From the IMG/VR virus record IMGVR_UViG_3300008267_000065, positions 1 to 53,069 of that record: 53,069 nt of DNA; one strand, 5' to 3'. The position numbers and the translations under genes were made by a program. Source of the stretch: a virus (Duplodnaviria; Caudoviricetes). The notes below the pieces were generated by a model that was not told where the DNA came from, searched no databases, and was given only the letters and a program-made list of their open reading frames with translations. This document shows positions 18,774 to 26,472 of the stretch, piece by piece (position 1 is the first letter of the stretch; the number at the start of each line of letters is the position of its first letter).

Positions 18774-19208
18774 ATGAGTTATTATAATCCACAATTTCAT
18801 TCACCATTAGAAAGAATATATTACTCTGGTATTATTGATTACACGACTCTTTCTGTTAGTGGAGGGCCAACATTTTTTACAACAGAGGCTGATGAAGGAA
18901 ATTTTTATTTTAAAGAAATAGTACTTAGAGTTAAATCTGTTTCTGGTGTATCAGGAATTCCATCCATAAGAATAGGAACGGAAAGTGTTAGAAACTGTGT
19001 ATGTGCGGATTCTTCCATCTCTTCTGGTCTCGCTAACAATCAAACTTATAAATTAACATTAAGCAATTCAGGAGCAACAAGTCCCGCAACGGGATTTTAT
19101 ACCGCTCCTCCTAATACAAAAATTGTTATCAATAATGCTTCTGGTGCTTCTGCTACCATTTTTCTTGTTGAGCTTATTGCTAGAGGTTTTTATTTAGGAT
19201 CTAGTTAA
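18774..19208 (+). CDS. putative fibre-associated protein
   Basis: Similar size and layout; PSIRIGT; ends LIARGF. Confidence 0.5.
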   Translation: MSYYNPQFHSPLERIYYSGIIDYTTLSVSGGPTFFTTEADEGNFYFKEIVLRVKSVSGVSGIPSIRIGTESVRNCVCADSSISSGLANNQTYKLTLSNSGATSPATGFYTAPPNTKIVINNASGASATIFLVELIARGFYLGSS

Positions 19209-19215
19209 TTTATTC

Positions 19216-19223
19216 ACTATTTA
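19216..19223 (+). promoter_or_regulatory. candidate late-promoter motif ACTATTTA
   Basis: Intergenic, 26 nt before ATG 19250. Confidence 0.55.
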
Positions 19224-19249
19224 TGTTAGAATGACGCAAAGAGGCAAAC

Positions 19250-19633
19250 ATGGATAAAGCAGTTTTAAAAAAAGTAATAAAACCACTCATAAAAGAGTGT
19301 TTAAAAGAAGTTTTGGTAGAAGAAGGACTAGTTAAGGTTGTTAATGAATGTACAACCCCTTTAGTAAAACAAACGTTAACTAATGTACCTGAGTCAAAAG
19401 ATTTTATTAGAAACCTAAAAAAAGAATCTGTAGAAAAGAAAGCAACAACAACCAAAGATATTAAAAAGATAGCAGCTTCAACTTTAGGTTTTGATCTTTT
19501 TGAGGGAACAAAGCCAGCTCCAGCAGAAGGTGAATCTTATGAGGGTGAAGGTGTAAATATAGAATCTTTAATAAACGAGAACATAGGTTCTTGGACAAAT
19601 ACATTGGGAATCTCCCAAAGAAAGAAAGCGTAG
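19250..19633 (+). CDS. hypothetical protein with leader-like N-terminus
   Basis: MDKAVLKKVIKPLIKECLKEVLVEEG; DLFEGTKP; GAGG RBS. Confidence 0.65.
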   Translation: MDKAVLKKVIKPLIKECLKEVLVEEGLVKVVNECTTPLVKQTLTNVPESKDFIRNLKKESVEKKATTTKDIKKIAASTLGFDLFEGTKPAPAEGESYEGEGVNIESLINENIGSWTNTLGISQRKKA

Positions 19634-19639
19634 GATAAT

Positions 19640-19930
19640 ATGGCAAGAGCAGGATTACTAGAAGTAAAACTCCCACTAGGAGTTAACCCATCAAGCGAAT
19701 CAACTGAAATGTTGATCAAAAAATTCTTAAAAGAGTGCAGCAAGGAATCACTTGTACAATATCTTTATGAAAATTGTGCTTACACAAAACGTTTTGTCAA
19801 GAAAAGTGTAAAAGAGAGACTAAAACGTAATAAGTACAAGAAAAATGCAAGAAATCACAACGAAGAACTAAATGGTGACAAAGTAGAAGTTCCAAAAAAG
19901 AAGAAAAAAGTTGTTGAAAAGAAACAATAA
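19640..19930 (+). CDS. rpsU: divergent ribosomal protein bS21 homologue
   Basis: ESTEMLIKKFLKECSK...FVKKSVKERLKR aligns by eye with the bS21 pattern E-x-x-x-x-L-R-R-F-K-R-x-C-x-K...Y-E-K-P-x-x-x-R; very basic, 96 aa. Confidence 0.6.
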   Translation: MARAGLLEVKLPLGVNPSSESTEMLIKKFLKECSKESLVQYLYENCAYTKRFVKKSVKERLKRNKYKKNARNHNEELNGDKVEVPKKKKKVVEKKQ

Positions 19931-19973
19931 AAGTATCTTATCACTCAATTTTAGTCATTTTGACCTAGATTAC

Positions 19974-19981
19974 ACTATTTA
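19974..19981 (+). promoter_or_regulatory. candidate late-promoter motif ACTATTTA
   Basis: Intergenic, upstream of scaffold and major capsid genes. Confidence 0.55.
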
Positions 19982-20022
19982 ATTACAAAAGTATACTGAA
20001 ATTCCTGTACGGGAGAAATTTA

Positions 20023-21501
20023 ATGTCAACAATGCTAGAACAAGCAATTATAGATGCAGCTGCATTACGTGAAACAGCAATTAAAAATGCAGAGTCAGCT
20101 CTAATTGAGAAATACGCAAAAGAGTTTAAAGATACTGTAGAAAAACTACTAGAACAAGAAGAGGTAACACCACCTGCGCCACCTGATGAAATGTCACCAG
20201 AGGCAGCTGCTGCTAATGCAGAAGATCCAATGGGTCCAACCGTAGTAGATGAACCAGTAGCTGATCCAATGCTTGGAGCACAACCAGTTCAAACAAGCAC
20301 CGTTTTTGATAAGGTTAAAAACGCTTTTTTTGATCTTGATGGTGATGAAAACGAACTACTAACAATTAACTTTGATGGTCTAACCTCAAAACCAGGTGTT
20401 GATGTTACAGCTGGAGCAAGTGCTGCTTCAACTCCTGCTTCTCCAATTCAACAAGCTGCTCCAATGATGGAAAAACTTCGCATTGGAATGAAAACCTCTA
20501 AAAAAACAGAAAATCCTTTAGCTGCAATGGTAGCAGGTCAAGTTTTATCTAACGTGGCTGGTAATGCAATATCAAGTGCGCTAGATGATGACGATAAAGA
20601 GGAGGTTGATGAAGAGTGGGAACTAGAGGAAGAAATTGAATTTAATTTTGAATCTTATGATCGTAATTTAGATAATGAAAGATATCACGAATCGCAAGAA
20701 GAAGAACTAGAGGAAGAAATAGAGTTAGATGAAGCGGAAGAAGCCTCAATTCCAGTAGTGGATAGCGGATCTGCAAAAGATAAATCAGACGCTGCTAACT
20801 TGGAAGCTCAAGCATCTAAACTAAAGGCAAAAGCTGGTTTAAAAGACGCAGAAGCTCAGAAAAAATCAGCTGAGGTTGCAAAATCTCAAGGTTCTGAAGA
20901 AGCTCAACAAATGGAAGAAGATATTGAACTAACAGAAGAAGAGTTAAATGAACTTGAAGAATCTTTACGTGTTGATATGACAAATGTTTCTGATGGGTAT
21001 ATTGGAACACATAGAAAAGAACAAAGAGAAGCACATACTGTTGCTCATGCGGAAGCACGTGACGAAAAGAAAGTAGAGCGTTATGAAAAGAAGATGAAAG
21101 CAATTCAAGATCTTCAAGAAGCACTAAGCAACAGCGAAGAAGAAAAAGAAGAGCTTATATCAGTCATCAACACGCTAAAAGAGCAAGTTAGCAAGATAAA
21201 CCTATCAAACGCAAAATTATTATATACAAATAAAGTTTTAAGTAGTGTCTCCTTGAATGAGCGACAAAAAAACCATATTGTCGAAAACATTACTAAGGCT
21301 TCAAGTGTATCAGAGGCAAAGACAATTTACGAAACACTTCAAAGCACAGTGGCGAGTATAAAAAATAAAACTCCAAAATCACTAAGCGAAGCATTAAATC
21401 GTAATTCATCGCCTTTCTTAGTAAGAAAACAACCAGCCTCACCAAACGACAACATGATAGATCGTTTAAGAGCATTAGCTGGAATTAAACCATTAAACTA
21501 A
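20023..21501 (+). CDS. prohead scaffolding/core protein
   Basis: Very acidic coiled coil directly before MCP; LEQAIIDA N-terminus, NLSNAKLLYTN, C-terminal RLRALAGI. Confidence 0.75.
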   Translation: MSTMLEQAIIDAAALRETAIKNAESALIEKYAKEFKDTVEKLLEQEEVTPPAPPDEMSPEAAAANAEDPMGPTVVDEPVADPMLGAQPVQTSTVFDKVKNAFFDLDGDENELLTINFDGLTSKPGVDVTAGASAASTPASPIQQAAPMMEKLRIGMKTSKKTENPLAAMVAGQVLSNVAGNAISSALDDDDKEEVDEEWELEEEIEFNFESYDRNLDNERYHESQEEELEEEIELDEAEEASIPVVDSGSAKDKSDAANLEAQASKLKAKAGLKDAEAQKKSAEVAKSQGSEEAQQMEEDIELTEEELNELEESLRVDMTNVSDGYIGTHRKEQREAHTVAHAEARDEKKVERYEKKMKAIQDLQEALSNSEEEKEELISVINTLKEQVSKINLSNAKLLYTNKVLSSVSLNERQKNHIVENITKASSVSEAKTIYETLQSTVASIKNKTPKSLSEALNRNSSPFLVRKQPASPNDNMIDRLRALAGIKPLN

Positions 21502-21514
21502 ACAGGAGACTAAA

Positions 21515-23296
21515 ATGGGCAATAAAGTATTAGAACAATTAACAGAAGGCATGGTCGAAAGAAACATGCTAAAAGAAACTCAAGGACTAGTTTCAAAGTG
21601 GGAAAAGAGCGGACTACTAGAAGGTCTAAAATCCTCACGTCAAAAGAGCACAATGGCTCGTCTACTAGAAAACCAAGCCGCAGAACTTCTACGTGAAGCT
21701 AACAGCATGGCAAACGGCGACGTTCAAGGTTTTGCCGCTGTAGCGTTTCCAATCGTTCGTCGTGTATTTGCTGGTCTAATCGCAAACGATCTAGTATCAG
21801 TACAACCAATGAGCCTACCATCAGGTCTAGTATTCTTCATGGATTTCCGTCGTGGAACTGACGTTGGTAACACCAGTGATGCTGTATTTGAAAAAGGTAA
21901 GTCATTCTTTGGTGATCGTCTAGGCGTTGAAATTACCGGTGGTGTTCGCGTTGACGGTGTTGATTATGCTGAAAAGGGTTTCTACAACCTAGCTAACGGC
22001 TATAGCACTGCTCGCTATCACTCATCTGTAACTGCAAGCGATCTAGCAACTCCTTATACAAGTTTTGGACTTGCATCTGCTGATGAACTACAAAAACAAG
22101 CAGTACGTTGGGACGCTGATCTACTAACCGATTCTAACTATGTTTCGGCTTCTGTTTTCCGCATTCCACTTACAAAACTATCACAATATGACCTACTAGC
22201 TGAAAACGATGTATTTTCATTATCAGTTGTCAGACACTCAGCAGCCGTATCAGGCGCTTATGATTATACCGGTTCACAAAGTGCATTAGGCGGAACCAGT
22301 AGCAAACTAGTTCGTCGTTTAACCAGAGTTGTCAGTGTTAACGATATTAAAAATCTAGAATTTGTTGTTGTTTCAAGTGGTTCAGCCGATGCAGCAACTC
22401 TATTTGGAACTGGCCAAGTTGTTATGTCATATCCAATCAAGGATAACCTAAACAACGTAGGCGAGAATGCTCTAGGTGCTCTAGTTGGTGCAAACCCATG
22501 GGTACTAGAAGGTACTTCAGTAATTCCAGAAGTTGAACTAAAAGTTGACAGCTTCTCAATTACTGCTCGTTCACGCAAACTACGTGCAAGCTGGACCCCA
22601 GAACTAGGTCAAGATCTAAACGCTTATCACAATCTAGATGCCGAAGTTGAACTAACTTCAATGTTAAGCGAACAAATCGGTCTAGAAATTGATCAAGAAA
22701 TCCTAAACGATCTAGTCAAGGGTGCAACTGCTGGTGTCAAATACTGGTCACGTCGTCCAGGTAAGTTCGTAGATCGCAACACAGGTGTAGATATCGGTGC
22801 TACAACCTCACCACAATACACCGCTCCACCAGATTTCACTGGTAACGTTTCAATGTGGTATGAAACCCTAGTTGAAACCATCAATGACGTATCTGCACAA
22901 ATCCACCGTAAGACTCTACGTGGTGGTGCCAACTTCCTAGTTTGTGGTCCAGAAGTAGCAAACATCCTTGAATTCACTTCAGGATTCCGCGCTTCAGTAA
23001 CCGCAACTGACGAAAAAGGAACCGTTGGTGCTGTTAAGGTCGGTGATATGAACAAGAAATGGGATATCATCGTTCATCCATACTTCCACCGTAACGTAAT
23101 TCTAGTTGGTCGTAAGGGTGGTTCATTCCTAGAGAGCGGTTATGTTTACGCTCCATACGTACCACTACAAGCTACTCCAACCATCTTTGATCCAAACACC
23201 TTCGTACCACGCAAGGCTGTTATGACCAGATATGGTAAGGCAATGGTCAGACCAGACATGTACGGTCTCTGCATAATCCAAGATCTACTTGGTTAA
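21515..23296 (+). CDS. major capsid protein (T4 gp23-like)
   Basis: LLENQ, FPIVRRVF, VSVQPMSLPSGLVF, RKLRASWTPELGQDL, LEIDQEI, YAPYVPL, MTRYG. Confidence 0.96.
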   Translation: MGNKVLEQLTEGMVERNMLKETQGLVSKWEKSGLLEGLKSSRQKSTMARLLENQAAELLREANSMANGDVQGFAAVAFPIVRRVFAGLIANDLVSVQPMSLPSGLVFFMDFRRGTDVGNTSDAVFEKGKSFFGDRLGVEITGGVRVDGVDYAEKGFYNLANGYSTARYHSSVTASDLATPYTSFGLASADELQKQAVRWDADLLTDSNYVSASVFRIPLTKLSQYDLLAENDVFSLSVVRHSAAVSGAYDYTGSQSALGGTSSKLVRRLTRVVSVNDIKNLEFVVVSSGSADAATLFGTGQVVMSYPIKDNLNNVGENALGALVGANPWVLEGTSVIPEVELKVDSFSITARSRKLRASWTPELGQDLNAYHNLDAEVELTSMLSEQIGLEIDQEILNDLVKGATAGVKYWSRRPGKFVDRNTGVDIGATTSPQYTAPPDFTGNVSMWYETLVETINDVSAQIHRKTLRGGANFLVCGPEVANILEFTSGFRASVTATDEKGTVGAVKVGDMNKKWDIIVHPYFHRNVILVGRKGGSFLESGYVYAPYVPLQATPTIFDPNTFVPRKAVMTRYGKAMVRPDMYGLCIIQDLLG

Positions 23297-23317
23297 TGTG
23301 TTTGTAGAATAAAAATG

Positions 23318-23354
23318 GAAAAGCCCTTGTCTATTGACGGGGGCTTTTCTTTTT
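23318..23354 (+). terminator. intrinsic terminator after MCP
   Basis: GAAAAGCCCTTGTC-TATT-GACGGGGCTTTTC followed by a T run. Confidence 0.8.
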
Positions 23355-23362
23355 GTTATACT
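23334..23362 (+). promoter_or_regulatory. sigma70-type promoter embedded in the MCP terminator, driving the homing endonuclease
   Basis: TTGACG-N17-TATACT with TGn extended -10. Confidence 0.65.
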
Positions 23363-23377
23363 GCAAAAGGAGAAAAA

Positions 23378-23944
23378 ATGCAAGCTATATACAAAATAAC
23401 AAATAAAATTAATGGCAAATTTTATATTGGAAGTACAAACAATATTACTAAAAGGTGGAATAACCACAAATCTAAGTTAAATAACGGAATCCATGAAAAC
23501 AGCTATCTTCAATTAGCTTGGAGTAAATATGGTGAATCTTCATTTGAGTTTTCCATTTTAGAAGAAGTATCAAACGATAATAGAATAGAAAGAGAAATAT
23601 ACTATTTAAATGAAACTAAATGTTATAAAAGAGATATTGGATATAATTTTGATAAAAACCCAGTAGATAAAAGTGGGTCCAATAATCCATTCTATGGTAA
23701 AAAACATTCTGTATTGTCATTAAATATTATGAAAGAAAAAGCTAATAACAGAAATGAAGAAGTTAGAAAGAGAATGGGAGAAAAGAATAAAGGAAAAGGT
23801 ATAAAATTAAATATAGAATTGGCAAGAGAAATAAGAAAATTGTATAGTACCGGCAATGAAACCTATCGTTCATTAATGAAAAAATTTAATGTAGCACAAG
23901 GAACAATACAAGCTATTCTAACCAATAGAATATGGGTTGAGTAG
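23378..23944 (+). mobile_element. free-standing GIY-YIG homing endonuclease (NUMOD3-like motif, C-terminal HTH)
   Basis: AIYKITNKINGKFYIGS, RWNNH, GYN, NPFYGKKHS; AGGAG RBS before ATG 23378. Confidence 0.88.
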
Positions 23945-23979
23945 TATTTCTGCATTTTTTTTCTCTACCTCAGAATCAA

Positions 23980-23989
23980 ACTATTTATA
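23980..23989 (+). promoter_or_regulatory. candidate late-promoter motif ACTATTTATA
   Basis: Intergenic, upstream of the leader-bearing ORF at 24019. Confidence 0.55.
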
Positions 23990-24018
23990 TGTAAAAGTTG
24001 TATAAAAGGAGAATACAC

Positions 24019-24504
24019 ATGAAAGTAACAAAAGATTATCTAAAGAAGTTGATCCGTGAATCACTAGAGGCTGAAGGTGTAAAAGTTGATATGGGCCATT
24101 CAGAGCGTGGAGGGGATTATTCAAGAAATATAATGGACTCTGAGAAGGTTTCCGAAAATTTCGGAGTTGAAATAGGTCATAAGTTTACAAAACTTGGTAA
24201 AATCGAAGCATCACATATTTTTAGAGTACTTAAGAGTAATGTAAGTAACGGAAAAGCTCATGCTGTGAAAAATCTTGATGCCGAAAATTTTGTTAAAGGA
24301 TTTAGAAAAGCTACACTAGGAAAACGCGCCGCAAAAGCTATTGATGATGGTATGTTGACAAGAATGTTTGAAAAAGCAAAAAATAAAGCATTAGAAGGAG
24401 TAGACCCAGAAACAATTAAGGGACCAAGAAAAATAAAAGGTTCTATGGCAGCTGGTGGTGGAGCTTATGAAGATGTCTATGGTGATTATTACGACGAAGA
24501 TTAA
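24019..24504 (+). CDS. hypothetical protein with shared N-terminal leader
   Basis: AGGAG RBS, then MKVTKDYLKKLIRESLE. Confidence 0.65.
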   Translation: MKVTKDYLKKLIRESLEAEGVKVDMGHSERGGDYSRNIMDSEKVSENFGVEIGHKFTKLGKIEASHIFRVLKSNVSNGKAHAVKNLDAENFVKGFRKATLGKRAAKAIDDGMLTRMFEKAKNKALEGVDPETIKGPRKIKGSMAAGGGAYEDVYGDYYDED

Positions 24505-24526
24505 ACAATAATTATATAAGTATAAT

Positions 24527-24559
24527 CCCCGTCAGTCTTAAGTGATTGGCGGGGTTTTT
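24527..24559 (+). terminator. intrinsic terminator
   Basis: CCCCGTCAGTC-TTAAGT-GATTGGCGGGG-TTTTT. Confidence 0.8.
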
Positions 24560-24582
24560 ATTTGCTTATTGTTTCCACTAAA

Positions 24583-24590
24583 ACTAATTA
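24583..24590 (+). promoter_or_regulatory. candidate late-promoter motif ACTAATTA
   Basis: Intergenic, upstream of the neck genes. Confidence 0.55.
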
Positions 24591-24616
24591 CTATATAACA
24601 TTTGAGGAAAAACTAT

Positions 24617-25888
24617 ATGGCATTGCCAATTTTAACACCAGCTTCACTTTCTAGCAAGGTTATACTACCACCAGTAGGAAATCCTGCAAACGTAAACAGT
24701 TCCTCATTACCATTTGCTGTATACGTAAATGAAGATTATTGGACAGAACAACAGATAGCTCTTTTTAAAAGCGGATCAGTAGAAGAAGTTGCACACGTAT
24801 ATAAAAAATTAGGCGGAGATGTACTAGATATTGAATTAGTAGAAACTCAGGTATATGCTGCATACGAAGAAGCAACATTAGAGTATTCATATTTAATAAA
24901 CTTGCATCAATCTAAGAATTCTTTACCATTCTTATTAGGTCAAGCTACTGGATCTTTTGATAATCACGGACAAATAAGCGGAAGCGAAATTCCATCCGAT
25001 GTTTCTCTTAAGCTACCTAAATTCTCTATTGGATACGCAAAAAATATAGGCTTATACACAGCCACTGAAGCGCTTTTAAACGGTGCTGAACCTATATACT
25101 CTGCATCATTTGTTCCAACTGCTGGAAGGCAAGATTATGATCTACAAGAGGCAGTTGAAGCATATGCATCAGCAAACGGATTAGATATAGAAAACAAAAG
25201 AGTTGTCATCAGAAAGGTTTACTACAAGACTCCTGGTGCAATGTGGAACTTTTATGGTTATTTCGGTGGATTAAATGTTGTCGGAAACTTAAGCACATAT
25301 GGACAATATGCTGACGACAGCACCTTTGAGGTTATCCCAGCTTGGCAGAACAAATTGCAAGCAATGGCATATGAAGATGCGATAAAAACAAGAGTTTCAG
25401 ACTGGTCATTTCAATTAAGAAATAACGTACTAAGGTTGTTTCCAACTCCAGCTGCAACAAGTCCTCTTAAGTTCTGGTTTGAGTTTACAATAGAACAAAA
25501 CGGATGGGATAGCGGAACATCAAATGCCTCCGACAGCGTTAATGGTATAAACAACATGAACTCATTACCGTTTTCAAATCTTCCATATGATAAAATAAAT
25601 TCAATTGGTAAACAATGGATTCGTAGATTTGCTCTTGCCTTATGCAAAGAGATGCTTGGACAAATACGTAGCAAATTTGCAACAATACCAATTCCAGGTG
25701 AAAGCGTAACACTTAATGGTGATAAGTTAATAAGCGAAGGTAAAGAAGAGCAAAAAGAATTACGTGAAGAATTAAAGACTCAATTAGCAGAGATGGTGTA
25801 CACCAAGTTAGGTGAAGATAACGCTAAAATAGTGGAAGATGCATCAAAAATTCAGAACTACATTCCACAACTTATTTACGTTGGATAA
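24617..25888 (+). CDS. neck/head-completion protein (T4 gp13-like)
   Basis: KKLGGDVLDIEL N-terminal motif and QWIRRFALALCKEMLGQIRSKF...IPG..VTLNG C-terminal motif; GAGG RBS before ATG 24617. Confidence 0.8.
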   Translation: MALPILTPASLSSKVILPPVGNPANVNSSSLPFAVYVNEDYWTEQQIALFKSGSVEEVAHVYKKLGGDVLDIELVETQVYAAYEEATLEYSYLINLHQSKNSLPFLLGQATGSFDNHGQISGSEIPSDVSLKLPKFSIGYAKNIGLYTATEALLNGAEPIYSASFVPTAGRQDYDLQEAVEAYASANGLDIENKRVVIRKVYYKTPGAMWNFYGYFGGLNVVGNLSTYGQYADDSTFEVIPAWQNKLQAMAYEDAIKTRVSDWSFQLRNNVLRLFPTPAATSPLKFWFEFTIEQNGWDSGTSNASDSVNGINNMNSLPFSNLPYDKINSIGKQWIRRFALALCKEMLGQIRSKFATIPIPGESVTLNGDKLISEGKEEQKELREELKTQLAEMVYTKLGEDNAKIVEDASKIQNYIPQLIYVG

Positions 25889-25893
25889 AATAA

Positions 25894-26397
25894 ATGGCAC
25901 GCAAAAAGAAAGAGAATATAGTTCAATTACCACCGGATGCACCCCCTCCACCACTGTTTACTGGTGAGAAGGAACGTAATCTTGTTAAACAGGTAAACGA
26001 TGAATTAATAGAACGTGTTATAGGTCAAGCAATTATTTACTATCCAATAAGTCGTGAACACACAGATTATCATCCTATATATGGAGAGGCAATACAAAAA
26101 ACATTTCTATCTCCAATAAAAATAAATGCTCTTATAGAATGGGAAGGAAGTAAAACAGCAGCAGATCAATTTGGAGTTGACCGCGTTACTTCAATAATTG
26201 TTAAATTTCAACGCAGAAGATTAACCGAAGATCAAGATTTATATATAAGAGAGGGTGATTTTGTTTTATACGGTGATTCATTCTATGAAATTGTTTCGCT
26301 AAATGAATCAAAAAATTTGTTTGGACAAATAGATAATAAATTTGAAATAGTTGCTAAGTGCATTAAGTCAAGAGAAAGCGTATTTAATGCAAAGTAA
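25894..26397 (+). CDS. neck/head-closure protein (T4 gp14-like)
   Basis: ELIERVIGQ.IIYYP, HPIYGE, EGDFVLY, FYEI; position after the gp13-like gene. Confidence 0.7.
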   Translation: MARKKKENIVQLPPDAPPPPLFTGEKERNLVKQVNDELIERVIGQAIIYYPISREHTDYHPIYGEAIQKTFLSPIKINALIEWEGSKTAADQFGVDRVTSIIVKFQRRRLTEDQDLYIREGDFVLYGDSFYEIVSLNESKNLFGQIDNKFEIVAKCIKSRESVFNAK

Positions 26398-26420
26398 AAT
26401 TGCATTTCAGTTTGTCTGTT

Positions 26421-26430
26421 ACTATTTATA
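26421..26430 (+). promoter_or_regulatory. candidate late-promoter motif ACTATTTATA
   Basis: Intergenic, upstream of tail sheath. Confidence 0.6.
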
Positions 26431-26472
26431 GTAAATATTGTAACATCGAGTAACATCAAGGAGACATAAAGA

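Noticed and set aside
15721-19208. Diversity-generating retroelement target/template repeats in fibre genes
   Set aside because: No reverse transcriptase in the window and no near-identical repeat pair with adenine-specific mismatches was seen.
23315-23377. Longer N-terminus for the GIY-YIG ORF (likewise for ORFs at 6977, 23998, 24602, 35065, 46747, 49385)
   Set aside because: The extensions run through terminators or upstream genes, and downstream ATGs have good SD sequences.
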